A stretch of 64,000 nt of DNA from Planctomycetota bacterium (GTDB lineage Bacteria > Planctomycetota > MHYJ01 > WSZJ01): NCBI GenBank assembly GCA_038060895.1, contig JBBTCT010000020.1, positions 1-64,000 on the forward strand, given 5' to 3'. The position numbers and the translations under genes are program-made. Positions 8,667 through 18,052 of the stretch are shown here, in pieces; position 1 is the stretch's first letter; every line of letters starts with the position of its first letter. A model generated the notes under the pieces. It saw nothing but the letters and a program-made list of their open reading frames with translations. It had not been told where the DNA came from and searched no databases.

Positions 8667-9503
8667 CTACTTCGCCTTCTCGTTGATCCGCACGAGGAAC
8701 TCCGCCGTCGCCCAGTCCTCCCACACGGTGTGCTTGTACTCCCGACTCTCGGAGAACTCGAGCAGGAACGAGCCGTGCACGAACGCGACCCCCGGCTTTT
8801 CGAGCGCGAACCACTTCGCCAGGTCGATCTCCTTCTCGAAGATCTCGCCGGGCTTCAGCTCGCGGATCACCGACAGCCCGCCGAGGTGCGCGTCGGAGCC
8901 GATGTCCGGGAGGACCTTGTCGCCGTCCGTCGCCCGGAACACGAACTGGTTGTCGCGCGCCGCGCGGTTCCGTCCGCCGTCCTGGAAAAAGACGGTCTTC
9001 GAGCCGACGTTTTCGATTCGAAGCGTCACGATCTTCGCCCCGTCCGCGTCGAATTCCTTCTGCTTCGGAACGAAACTCACCGCGAGCAGGTGTCCGGGGT
9101 GGGTGCGGAGCGCCGGCTTGATCTTGAAATGCGCCGCGACCGCTTCGGCGTTCTCCTTGCCGGAGATCGGGAAGTCGAGCCATGAAGCGGTCCTGGCCTC
9201 CGTCCCAGACCCGGTCTGTAGCCAGGCGCGGCCCTTCACGACCAGGACGTGCCGGAACGTGTCCAGTCCTTCCGCGAAGGGAACCTTGAGCGTGAGCCAG
9301 AATTCGCGGTTCGGGTTGTCCTGGGAAGTGATGCGAGCTTCCTGGATCTCGAAGGCGCATTTCTCGCCGAGGCCTACTTCGCGCCCGTCGGGCGCCACAG
9401 CCTTCTTTGCGTCTTTCGCTTCCGAACGCACGTACACGCCGTCATCCGGCGCTTCCGCAAGGGCGGCGCAGGCCAGCCCGAGCACGAGGAGCATGGTTTT
9501 CAT
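8667..9503 (-). CDS. Secreted hypothetical protein with an Ig-like C-terminal domain
   Basis: MKTMLLVLGLACAALA signal peptide at 9503; VTLRIENVG..., ELKPGE. The track's extension to 10199 overlaps a real + strand gene. Confidence 0.75.
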   Translation of the reverse strand: MKTMLLVLGLACAALAEAPDDGVYVRSEAKDAKKAVAPDGREVGLGEKCAFEIQEARITSQDNPNREFWLTLKVPFAEGLDTFRHVLVVKGRAWLQTGSGTEARTASWLDFPISGKENAEAVAAHFKIKPALRTHPGHLLAVSFVPKQKEFDADGAKIVTLRIENVGSKTVFFQDGGRNRAARDNQFVFRATDGDKVLPDIGSDAHLGGLSVIRELKPGEIFEKEIDLAKWFALEKPGVAFVHGSFLLEFSESREYKHTVWEDWATAEFLVRINEKAK

Positions 9504-9650
9504 GCTGTTCTGACGTCGCCGGCACGCCGTTGTTCCGAAGAATCCGGCGCAAGTCCTTCCCGGGCAAGCGGTCGCGCCGTTTCGGATTTCCGCTGACGGG
9601 GACCTCCTTCCCCGCGCACTGCTGATGCACCCACCTTTCGGAAGACTCCC

Positions 9651-10391
9651 ATGAACTCTTCTGTCCTCGTCGCCGGCCCTTCCCCCGAACGCCGCGAAGC
9701 CTTCATCGACGTCCTTCGCGACACGCCCCACACGCTCGCCGCGGAGACCGGCCGCGCCGACCAGGTCCTCGCGCTCATCGAGAAGCACGAACCGTGGTGC
9801 GTCGCGCTCGATCTCGCTCTCGCGCCCGTGAGCCTCGTGAAGCAGGTCCTCGCGAAGCACCCCGAGATCACGGTGCTCGCCCTTTACGACGAAGCGACTG
9901 CCGCCGACGTCCCCGAAGCCCGCCGCGCCGGCGTGTCCGAAGCGCTCCTCATGCCCGTCGAAGCCCCGAAGCTGATGCGCGTCCTCGCGAACCTCTCCAA
10001 CCCCAAGGGCCAGTCCGCGTCGCGCAAGTTCGTGGCCATGCGCCACAAGACGTCGCTCGCCGCCAGCTATAAGGCCGCCAACGAGGGCTTCCTCACCCGC
10101 CGCCGCTCCGCCATCGTTCTCGAACTCGGCCTCACCGACGTCGTCCTCCAGACGGAGGAGGCCTTCGCCCCCGGCCGCAACCTCGTCGCGACGATCCACA
10201 TCCCCGCCCAGGGCTCCCTCGGCGCCCAGTTCAACGTCGTGCGCGTCGAGCCGGCGCCGGTCTTCGGGAAGTTCCTGATCACGGTCGCGTGGCAGGACAT
10301 GAAGGAAGCGGACCGCGAGAGGCTGAAGGGGTTCTGCCGGCAGCTGCTGGCGAAGGTGCCATCGGGCGTCCCCGTCGTGGCGGGCGCCTGA
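9651..10391 (+). CDS. Receiver (REC)-like domain fused to a degenerate PilZ-like domain
   Basis: SVLVAG..., PWCVALDLAL, ARRAGVSEALLMPVE; C-terminal beta domain preceded by RKFVAMRH and ending DRERLKGFC. Confidence 0.65.
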   Translation: MNSSVLVAGPSPERREAFIDVLRDTPHTLAAETGRADQVLALIEKHEPWCVALDLALAPVSLVKQVLAKHPEITVLALYDEATAADVPEARRAGVSEALLMPVEAPKLMRVLANLSNPKGQSASRKFVAMRHKTSLAASYKAANEGFLTRRRSAIVLELGLTDVVLQTEEAFAPGRNLVATIHIPAQGSLGAQFNVVRVEPAPVFGKFLITVAWQDMKEADRERLKGFCRQLLAKVPSGVPVVAGA

Positions 10392-10568
10392 TTACCTGTT
10401 CTGGGCCCGGATCCGCTGAAGGATGCGCGTCGTCCGCCGACGCACATCATCTTCGCCCGTCTTGCGCGCCGCATCGACGAGTGCCTGGACGGCCCTGAGT
10501 CCCATCATCTGGAGGTTCGCCTCCGCGGCGTCGGCGGAGCACAAGAGGACGATGGCGAGAATGCGCAT
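10392..10568 (-). CDS. 58-aa protein with hydrophobic N-terminus and one HEAT-like helix pair (below the track cutoff)
   Basis: GGAGG RBS; MRILAIVLLCSADAAEANLQMMGLRAVQALVDAARKTGEDDVRRRTTRILQRIRAQNR*. Confidence 0.55.
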   Translation of the reverse strand: MRILAIVLLCSADAAEANLQMMGLRAVQALVDAARKTGEDDVRRRTTRILQRIRAQNR

Positions 10569-10694
10569 GAGCGGCCTCCGGGCAATCCCTGGTGTCAGTT
10601 TACTGAATTGGAGGAGCGCGCGTTAAAGCGCGGGCGAAGCGGCCGCGCCTGGGAGTCGAGCGGAGCAACGGAGCCGATCGAACTTCCAGCTATT

Positions 10695-13600
10695 TCACGG
10701 ATTCGCCCCTGGTCGACTCAGCGCAGCGTCTGCACGATTGCGGATTGCGGGATCGGAGGCCCTGGACCTGGCGGTCAAGAGGTCCACTCGAGCGCTTTGC
10801 TGGTCACCGACGGAGGCAAACAGCTCTCCACGAAGCAGATGTGCCTCTGCGCAACCCGGATCAATGACGATCGCCGCGTTGAACTCCTCCAGCGCATCGT
10901 TGTTCGCGTTCGCCCCGCCGCGCAAACGGATCGCGGCGCCTCGCCGGGCGCGAGCGACGGCGTTGCGGGGGTCGAGGTCGAGGGCCTGGTTGGCGTCGGC
11001 GAGGGCTGGGCCATGGGAGCCGCGGGCGAGGTGGATCAGGGCTCTCTGCGCGTACGTTTCCGCCCGGCGCGGCGCGGCCGCGATGGCGGTGTCCACATCG
11101 GTCTGCGCCCCGGTAAGGTCGTTCGCGGCGAGCCGGGCTGCGGAGCGGGCGAGAAGTGCCTCCGGGAGAGACGGCGCGCGGCGGACGGCCTCGTCGAGTT
11201 CTCGAAGCGCGTCGTCTCCCTTGCCCAGAGCGGAGAGGGCCTGCGCATAACGCACTCGCGGCACCGCAGTATGCGGCGCGCGTTTCACGGCCTCTCGCAA
11301 ATCGTCGGCGGCACCTTTCGCGTCCCCAACCGTGAGCTTCGCCGCTCCTCGCGCCGCCCAGGCGTCGGCGAGGTCGGGGGCGATTTCGAGAGCGCGGCCG
11401 AAGTCGGCGAGGGCGTCGGAAGCGTGGCCGGTGGCGAGGCGGGCGTGACCGCGGTGGAGGTAGGATTCGGGAGATTCGGCGGATTTCAACGAAGCGTCGT
11501 AGTCTGCGAGGGCGCCGACGGTATCGCCGCGTTTTTCACGAATGATGCCGCGGAGTCTCAGGAGGGAGGGGTCGTTCGACTTCGCTCGCAAGGCCGCTTC
11601 CACGTCTTCAAGCGCGCCGCCCCATTCGCCCTGGCGCAGTCGCGCTTCCGCTCTCAATCGAAGCGCGAGCACCTCTCTTGGCCGGAACTTCAGCGCTTCG
11701 CCGAAAGCGGCAACTGCTTCCGCTTCTTTGCCGTGCAATTTCAGCCACGCGCGCCCGGCCCAGGTCCACCCGTCCGGATCGGTGACGGTGGACTTCGCGT
11801 ACTCCGCCAATTGACGCGCTGCGTCATCGTCGTGGCCGTCGGCGAGGGCGAGAATGCCGGCGGCGAGCATGACTTCGCGGCGTTCGCGGGTGTGGCCCTG
11901 GACGAGCTTGAGCTCGTTCTCGATCTCCGTTCTCAACGCGCTCCCGTGCTCGCCGGTGTCGCGGTGATGGCCGCAGGCGTCGCGGCGGATTTCCTCGTAG
12001 CGCTCGAGTCTCAGGATGGCGCGCTCGAGGTGGGCGGTGGGGAAATACTCGGAGGTCGCGATGGCGCGGTCGAGCCAGGCGAGGGCGTCGTCGCGGCGGC
12101 CCTCGACGCGGCAGGCGCGGGACATCTCGAGGCAGGCCTCGGGGTTTTTGGGCTGCTCGCGGAGGGCGGCGCGGAATTCTTCGCGGGCGGACTCGGCCAG
12201 AGTTGAAAGCTCGGACTCGGTCCACTCTTTCGTGGAGAGGAGACGGTCGAGGCGCGTCAGGAGCGAGCGCCCGGCGTCGGCATGGACGCGCGCCCTTTCG
12301 CGCGCGAGTTCGGCGTCGTGCTCCTTCTTCGACCGCGAACGCCGCCAGATCCAGGCGATGAGGACGATGTTGACGACGCCTGCCAGGACGACCGTCGGGA
12401 CGCCGCGCGGGTCGGCGGCGCCGGTGATGCCGGCGACGGCGTAAGCGCCGATCAGGATGCCGAGGCAGGCGGCGACGCAGATCTGGATGACGATGTTTTT
12501 ATTTCGACGCAGCCGCCGCTTCACGCGACGCCACCCCGTCACCGGCTGCGCCCACACCGCTTCCCCGCGCCGGTGCCTCGCGAGATCCTCCGCGAACGCG
12601 TGCGCGTCCTGGTAGCGGTCCTCGCGGCGCTTCTCCATCGCCTTCAGGCACAGCGCCTCGAGATCCTCGTCCGCTTCGCGCGAACTCGTCGCCGGTCGAG
12701 GCGGCTCGTCCTCGAGGATGTGGCGGTAGAGGTCGACGAGCGACTCGGCCTCGAAGGGCATCTTGCCGGTGAGCATCTCGTAGAGCATGACGCCGAGCGC
12801 GTAGACGTCCGTCCGTCCGTCCACTTCCTGGACCTTTCCCTGCACCTGCTCTGGCGCCATGTACTGCGGCGTCCCGATCACCGCCTGCTCGCGCGTCAGC
12901 TTCGTCCCGAACATCTCCGTGTGCGCGACGCCGAAGTCCGTGAGCACGACGCGCCCGCCGCGGTCGACGAGGACGTTCGACGGCTTGAGATCGCGGTGGA
13001 TCACCCCCTTGCCGTGCGCAAACGACACCGCCCGCGCGACGTCTTCCAGCATGCGCAGCAGTTCCGGAAGCGGCGTCCGCTTCGCCGCGAGCACGTGGGC
13101 GAGGGTCGTGCCTTCGACGTAATCCATCGCAATGAAGTGCACGCTCTGCCCCATCGCGTCGCGCGCCATCGCGACTTCGTGGATGGCGATGATGTTCGGG
13201 TGGGAGAGCTGGGCGACGATGGCAGCCTCGCGGTGGAGGCGCGCGATGACTTTCGCGGTGGACTCGTTCTCCTTCAGGACCTTGAGCGCCACACGGCGTT
13301 TCAACTCCGGGTCTTCGGCCTCGTGCACCACCGCGACGCCCCCGCGCCCGATCTCCCGCGTCAGCGCGTACTTCCCGAGCCGCGGCCGCGTGTCCGTCGG
13401 GATTTGCACCGCGGGACGGATGCCGCTTCCCGTCGTCGTCTTCTTCGCCGATGCCGGCGCGTGCCCGAGCTCCAGCCCGCACTTCACGCACCGCAGCTTC
13501 ACGTCCGGCGGCTGCCCCGCGGTGTCGTAGACCCGGCCGCATTCGAGGCAGACGCGCAGCCCGACGTCCTGCAGGCCGGTGATGTCCGTGAAGCGCTGCG

Positions 13601-13817
13601 GCGTGAGCACGCCGCGGGACACCAGCACGTCCGACAGCCGCACCGCTTCTCCCGCCGCGCGCCGTCGGTCCCGCTCTTCAAGGCAGTCCTCCAGCTGCGC
13701 CGTGGACAGGAATTCCTTCTCCAGTGCCGTCCGGCAAAGCGCGGCTTCACGCACGTCCTCCTCGCCGGTCCCGGCGAGGAAATTGCGAAGGCGGTCTGCG
13801 GTGGAGGGAGAAGACAT
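10695..13817 (-). CDS. Hanks-type Ser/Thr kinase with Zn-ribbon, 2 TM helices and C-terminal TPRs
   Basis: IGRGGVAVV, VALKVL, HRDLKPSN, DFG, GTPQYMAPE; CLEC/CVKC; hydrophobic segments; many TPRs. Confidence 0.93.
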   Translation of the reverse strand: MSSPSTADRLRNFLAGTGEEDVREAALCRTALEKEFLSTAQLEDCLEERDRRRAAGEAVRLSDVLVSRGVLTPQRFTDITGLQDVGLRVCLECGRVYDTAGQPPDVKLRCVKCGLELGHAPASAKKTTTGSGIRPAVQIPTDTRPRLGKYALTREIGRGGVAVVHEAEDPELKRRVALKVLKENESTAKVIARLHREAAIVAQLSHPNIIAIHEVAMARDAMGQSVHFIAMDYVEGTTLAHVLAAKRTPLPELLRMLEDVARAVSFAHGKGVIHRDLKPSNVLVDRGGRVVLTDFGVAHTEMFGTKLTREQAVIGTPQYMAPEQVQGKVQEVDGRTDVYALGVMLYEMLTGKMPFEAESLVDLYRHILEDEPPRPATSSREADEDLEALCLKAMEKRREDRYQDAHAFAEDLARHRRGEAVWAQPVTGWRRVKRRLRRNKNIVIQICVAACLGILIGAYAVAGITGAADPRGVPTVVLAGVVNIVLIAWIWRRSRSKKEHDAELARERARVHADAGRSLLTRLDRLLSTKEWTESELSTLAESAREEFRAALREQPKNPEACLEMSRACRVEGRRDDALAWLDRAIATSEYFPTAHLERAILRLERYEEIRRDACGHHRDTGEHGSALRTEIENELKLVQGHTRERREVMLAAGILALADGHDDDAARQLAEYAKSTVTDPDGWTWAGRAWLKLHGKEAEAVAAFGEALKFRPREVLALRLRAEARLRQGEWGGALEDVEAALRAKSNDPSLLRLRGIIREKRGDTVGALADYDASLKSAESPESYLHRGHARLATGHASDALADFGRALEIAPDLADAWAARGAAKLTVGDAKGAADDLREAVKRAPHTAVPRVRYAQALSALGKGDDALRELDEAVRRAPSLPEALLARSAARLAANDLTGAQTDVDTAIAAAPRRAETYAQRALIHLARGSHGPALADANQALDLDPRNAVARARRGAAIRLRGGANANNDALEEFNAAIVIDPGCAEAHLLRGELFASVGDQQSARVDLLTARSRASDPAIRNRADAALSRPGANP

Positions 13818-13965
13818 GACCGCAGTCTAGCGACCGAAGGACCGAATTGCGCCGCTCGACGCTGACGGCGATTCCGCCGTTTTCCAATCGACCTGCCATC
13901 TCACCAACACCTGCCCAGCCCCGTACATCTTCCCGTCCCGGGGGGGACCCACACGGAGCCATCTC

Positions 13966-15015
13966 ATGAAACCGCTCGCCGCCCTTTTCCTCTTCGCCTC
14001 CGCCGCGCTCGCAGGCGACTGCAAGCGCGACTGCACGGGGATCGAGTGGACGCTGCCGTTCAAGGCGGCGCTGGAAAAGGCGAAGAAGGAAAACCGGCTG
14101 CTTTTGATCAAGCCGATCGCGTTCGGGACGGAGAAGAACGGCGGGTGGTGACCCGCCGCCGAAGTGCTGAGGGCGGGTCCCTTCAGCGACGAGCGCGTGC
14201 GCGGGCTGGCGAACCGGCGGTTTGTGGCGTTCTACTTCGACCTGGCGGACGGCGGCGCGGCGGGCGACCCGGACGCGCGGAAGTTCGTGGTGAAGCTCAA
14301 GAAGGAGCTCGGCGGGAACGGCGTGCCTCCGCCGAATGTGCTGATCGTGACGGCGGAGGGCGTGCTGATCGGGGAAGCGGGGAATTTCGCGAGCACGGAG
14401 GACGTGCATTCGGCGATGAAGAAAGCGCTCAAGGACCACCCCGAGTTCAACGCGGAAAGTGAGGCCGAGAAGGCCGCGGTGAAGCCGATTGAGAAAGCAC
14501 GGATCGCGTTCGAACTCGGAAAACGCAAAACCGCCGCGGAGCTTCTCGCCAAACCCGAAAACGAAGACGAGTGGCTCTTCCTCGCCCACATCCAGCGTTG
14601 GCGCGAGAAATGGGAGGAAATGGAAGCCGCGCTCTCTCACGTGAAGCGCGACGACCTGGTCGACGACGCAACGATGGAGCGCGCGTGGCGGCCGTGGCGC
14701 GAGGCGAAGTACGAGGCGCTTCGCGACGCGCTCGCAGATTTCCCTGCGGAGAGCAATCGCGCGACGGAGGCGCGGTACTTCGCGGCGCTGGCGCGGTATC
14801 AGCTCGGCGAGAAGAAGGAAGCGCTGAAAGCGTGGAAGGCGCTCGCGAAAACGCCGGACGAGGACCCCTGGGTTTACCGCGCGGACTGGGCCTACATGAC
14901 GGAGAAACAGCGCGGGAAGACATCGTTCTCGAGCGGGGACGCGGACCGCTCGCCGCTCGGGCGGATCGGGTACCTGGGGCGGGAGAATCCGGATCTGAAG
15001 GGTCCGGGAAAATAG
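13966..15015 (+). CDS. Secreted thioredoxin-fold + TPR protein with in-frame UGA (putative selenoprotein, 349 aa)
   Basis: Track ORFs 13966-14151 and 14164-15015 share a frame and are separated only by TGA 14149-14151. They read IEWTLPFKAALEKAKKENRLLLI...GGW-U-PAAEVLRAGPFSDERV...RFVAF, i.e. UGA at the WCxxC first-Cys position. A SECIS-like hairpin follows. Confidence 0.8.
14166..14187 (+). promoter_or_regulatory. Bacterial SECIS-like hairpin
   Basis: GCTGAGGG-CGGGT-CCCTTCAGC: 8-bp stem with a bulged U and a G-containing loop starting 23 nt after the UGA. Confidence 0.65.
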
Positions 15016-15226
15016 CGGCCTCCTTCATACGGCCCTCCGGCCGGAATGTCGTCGGGACGAGCGGGTGTCGGGATACGGAAGAGCCCCTTCAGGGAAGTGA
15101 TGACCTCGAGGTTGACCCGCGTTGGTTTCGCGGGGGCGCCCGAGACAAGAATAAGCAGGCGCTGCTGTATGCTCATCGGCGGGAAGTGATCTCACCTGGC
15201 CGCGGTTCTCCGGAAGGAATCCATCG

Positions 15227-16612
15227 ATGATCCGTCACCCAGTCCTCGCTGCAGTTTTCGTCCTCGCGCTGGGGCTTCTCAATTACCCCGGCGACGCGCC
15301 GGAGCCGGGCGGCAAATCGGCGCCGGAGCGGATGAAGGCGGGGAACTCGGCGCTGACGGCGAACTGGAAGGAATCGCGGAAGCGAAAAATCGAAGGGAAG
15401 ATGCACGATGGCCTGCTGGTCGACGTGAAGGTGGAGGAGGACGCGGACGCCCGGGTGGTAGCGGCGCGACGGGAAGAAAACGGGGCGACCTACCAGTTTC
15501 ATCCGGACCTGGTGGCGGAGGTAGACCGGGAGGTGAAGCGGACGGGCGACCGGAGCCTCTATGTGGCGGGCTGGGTGGTCAAGCCGCTCGAGTTGCCGGC
15601 ACAGGCGAAGCTTGTGGACGCCGAGGGAAACGCGCTCTACGTAGCGGAGGCCGCGTACTACCTTGGCGACGGGAGCCGGTCGGTCGCGCAGTATTTCATC
15701 GACTGGGAAGGGTTGGCATTCTCGGACAAGCTTGAGTACTGGCTTGAGATCGAGGTCGGTTGTTTCCGGATCACGGCGGACACGGGCTCGGTCATCGGCG
15801 CCGAGACATTTCGAGTCCGCGTCGACGCTCCGTACGGCTGCTGCTGTGGCGGGCAGCCGACCGGCTGCGGCCACTGCCAGCGGAGCATGACGGTCTCGCG
15901 GGGGCAAATGCGGAAGAAGGGCTGCCCGCAGCTTCAGAATCTCCCGGAATCGGCGTGCTGCCGGAAGCCGATGTTCCGGGACGCCGGGAATTGCCCTGGC
16001 GGGGGGCTTCCCAACCGGAACACGCGGGGCATCCAGTGCTGCGGCTCGATCGCGCAGGACTCAGCGCCGACGAGTGAGGACATCGGCGGGTGGCTCGCGG
16101 ATCACCTGAGGATGGGCGTTTTCTGCGGCGGCAAGGGTAAGTGCATCGGCCAGAAGCACACGAACGTCAACGAGATCGGGTTCTGGTTTCGCTGCCCCCT
16201 GAATCTCGCGGCGTGCGCAGCTGAAATCAAAGGGAACAAGTGCGCAAGCGCGGACTGCTGCTCTTCGGAGGCCTGCGTCGCGCGACTCGGACAGGGAGAG
16301 AATTCGAACTGGTACGGCGCCTGGTTCGGAAGCGGCGGCTGCTATCCGGGCGAAGTGGGACGCAACGGCTGCTACACGCCGGCCGAGCCGGCCGACAAGG
16401 GATGCCTTATCGGGTTCACCGGCTCGTGTGCCTGCAAGCTGCCGTGCGGGGAAGGGTATACGGCCGTGCGGGGAAAGGGTCCCGGATCGGTGAAGTTCGA
16501 CACGGTGAAGTGCGGCTCCACGAGTTGCGCCTTTGTGGGATCGGCTGGCGAATCCTGCCTTGGAGACGAAAAAGGACATCCCTGTTTCTGCTACACGATG
16601 GGAACCAAGTGA
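15227..16612 (+). CDS. Secreted cysteine-rich protein
   Basis: AAGGA RBS, signal peptide, about 30 Cys in the C-terminal ~260 aa. Confidence 0.8.
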   Translation: MIRHPVLAAVFVLALGLLNYPGDAPEPGGKSAPERMKAGNSALTANWKESRKRKIEGKMHDGLLVDVKVEEDADARVVAARREENGATYQFHPDLVAEVDREVKRTGDRSLYVAGWVVKPLELPAQAKLVDAEGNALYVAEAAYYLGDGSRSVAQYFIDWEGLAFSDKLEYWLEIEVGCFRITADTGSVIGAETFRVRVDAPYGCCCGGQPTGCGHCQRSMTVSRGQMRKKGCPQLQNLPESACCRKPMFRDAGNCPGGGLPNRNTRGIQCCGSIAQDSAPTSEDIGGWLADHLRMGVFCGGKGKCIGQKHTNVNEIGFWFRCPLNLAACAAEIKGNKCASADCCSSEACVARLGQGENSNWYGAWFGSGGCYPGEVGRNGCYTPAEPADKGCLIGFTGSCACKLPCGEGYTAVRGKGPGSVKFDTVKCGSTSCAFVGSAGESCLGDEKGHPCFCYTMGTK

Positions 16613-16613
16613 G

Positions 16614-17531
16614 ATGACGACACCGTCGAGCACGGCGCGGAGTCGCCGCACGCAGTGGAGCGTGGCGGCCGCCCTTGCCGTCGCCGTCGCGCTCGTCGCG
16701 GTCGCCCGAATGAATCGAAAGGTGGCGCCACGCGAGAGCGGCGGCCCTCCCGCCGTCAAGGCTCCCGCCATGCTGCCGGCCCCGCTTGCGGGATTGGGAA
16801 CCGTCCGCGGACGGCTCCTCCCCGCGGGTCTCAAAGGCGATGTCCTCATCGTTGCCGGGACGCGCCTCGTCGGCGGCTCCGGCATCGCTCCTGACGGGAC
16901 GTTTCTCATCCCGGATCTGCCACCGGGCCCGCATCGGCTCAACTACCGGCTTGAATGGGAAGGAAAGCTCTGGCTCGTGGAAGTACACGACGAAGGCGTG
17001 CCCGACGGGCGGCCCCTTCCAGCGACCCGCGACGGTGTCGAGGCGGCGCTGAAATCGATCCAGGGCGCGTTCGCGGGGCGCGATGCGGCGACTCTTCTCG
17101 CCAACTACTCGGACAAATTCGAGGACGGCCTCGGCACGCCGATCGCCGTGGTTCGGTCGTTTCACACGGAATCCCTGTCAGGCGCCGGACCGATGAAAGA
17201 CCTCTCGCGCGAGGCCTGGCTCATGGATGTGGCCGGAACCGACGACCACCCGGTCGCGAGCGTCAAGCTCCGCTTCCGGTTTCAGTCCTCCGACGGAGAC
17301 GCGGTGGAGCGCACGAACGATTTCCTCGTCCATTTCGCGCGTGAAGGAGCGGCCTGGAAGGTGACCGGAGAGCGCAAGCTGTGGACCGGCTCGATGAACG
17401 TCCTCGGACCGCAGGTCGAGACGCGCGTCTTTGTGACGCAGAACGCCGGCGTGGTCGAAGTGAAGGCGGGAGAGATCCTCGAACTGCCGGAACTGGATTT
17501 CGCGCCGCTCATCGACGCGAAGAAACTCTGA
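16614..17531 (+). CDS. Membrane-anchored protein with carboxypeptidase-regulatory-like and NTF2-like segments
   Basis: Starts 1 bp after the previous stop; TM helix; GTVRGRL...DGTFLIPDLPPGPHRL; helical/beta region ending FAREGAAWKV. Confidence 0.7.
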   Translation: MTTPSSTARSRRTQWSVAAALAVAVALVAVARMNRKVAPRESGGPPAVKAPAMLPAPLAGLGTVRGRLLPAGLKGDVLIVAGTRLVGGSGIAPDGTFLIPDLPPGPHRLNYRLEWEGKLWLVEVHDEGVPDGRPLPATRDGVEAALKSIQGAFAGRDAATLLANYSDKFEDGLGTPIAVVRSFHTESLSGAGPMKDLSREAWLMDVAGTDDHPVASVKLRFRFQSSDGDAVERTNDFLVHFAREGAAWKVTGERKLWTGSMNVLGPQVETRVFVTQNAGVVEVKAGEILELPELDFAPLIDAKKL

Positions 17532-17801
17532 AGAACTTCAGCGACGCTGAGCCTCGAGCGGCTGCTCGTGGACGAACAGGACTTGCCGGCGGACCGGGCA
17601 AAGGAAGTCCGGGGCTTGTCGAAGCGGAGTTGGCGCGGCGCGGCAAGGACACGGAGCCCGGCACGGCGACGTCCCGGGTCACGTCGCTCGCAACATCGGA
17701 TTCGGGCCCTGCATCGCGGTGGCCATCGAGAGCGAGTGAGTGGAATTCTCCCCTTCGCTTGCTCTAAGCTGCGCCCTCTCACACTCCCGGAGGACGGGCG
17801 A

Positions 17802-18027
17802 ATGACGCGTTCAGAAAACACACAATTATCATGGATCGTTCTTCTCGAATTGCTCGCGTCGTTCCCTTCTGCGGGTTCGGCCGGCGAGCCCGCGACCGCC
17901 GCTGAATTCCAGGAACGCGGCGCGAAGCGCGGCGGAAGCGGACCTTACAGGTGCGCTCCGCGACTACACGGAAGCGCTGAAGCTCGACCCGAACAATCCG
18001 AAGCCGCTGTGCAACCACGCATGGTGA
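17802..18027 (+). pseudogene. Frameshifted, truncated TPR protein remnant
   Basis: Signal-like N-terminus ...TAAEFQERGAKR, then in another frame ADLTGALRDYTEALKLDPNNPKPLCNHAW*. Confidence 0.55.
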
Positions 18028-18052
18028 CGCTTCGAGAAGAACTAGCCGCGCG

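Noticed and set aside
9504-10199. N-terminal extension of the 510-aa track ORF
   Set aside because: Antisense to the REC-PilZ gene; the real start with signal peptide is at 9503.
14149-14151. Genome-wide UGA reassignment (genetic code 4 or 25)
   Set aside because: Many clear genes here end in TGA (TetR, ECF, trmB, kinases, ATGA overlaps), so UGA is normally stop.
15830-16612. Multiheme cytochrome or ferredoxin
   Set aside because: No CxxCH motifs and no CxxCxxCxxxC pattern.
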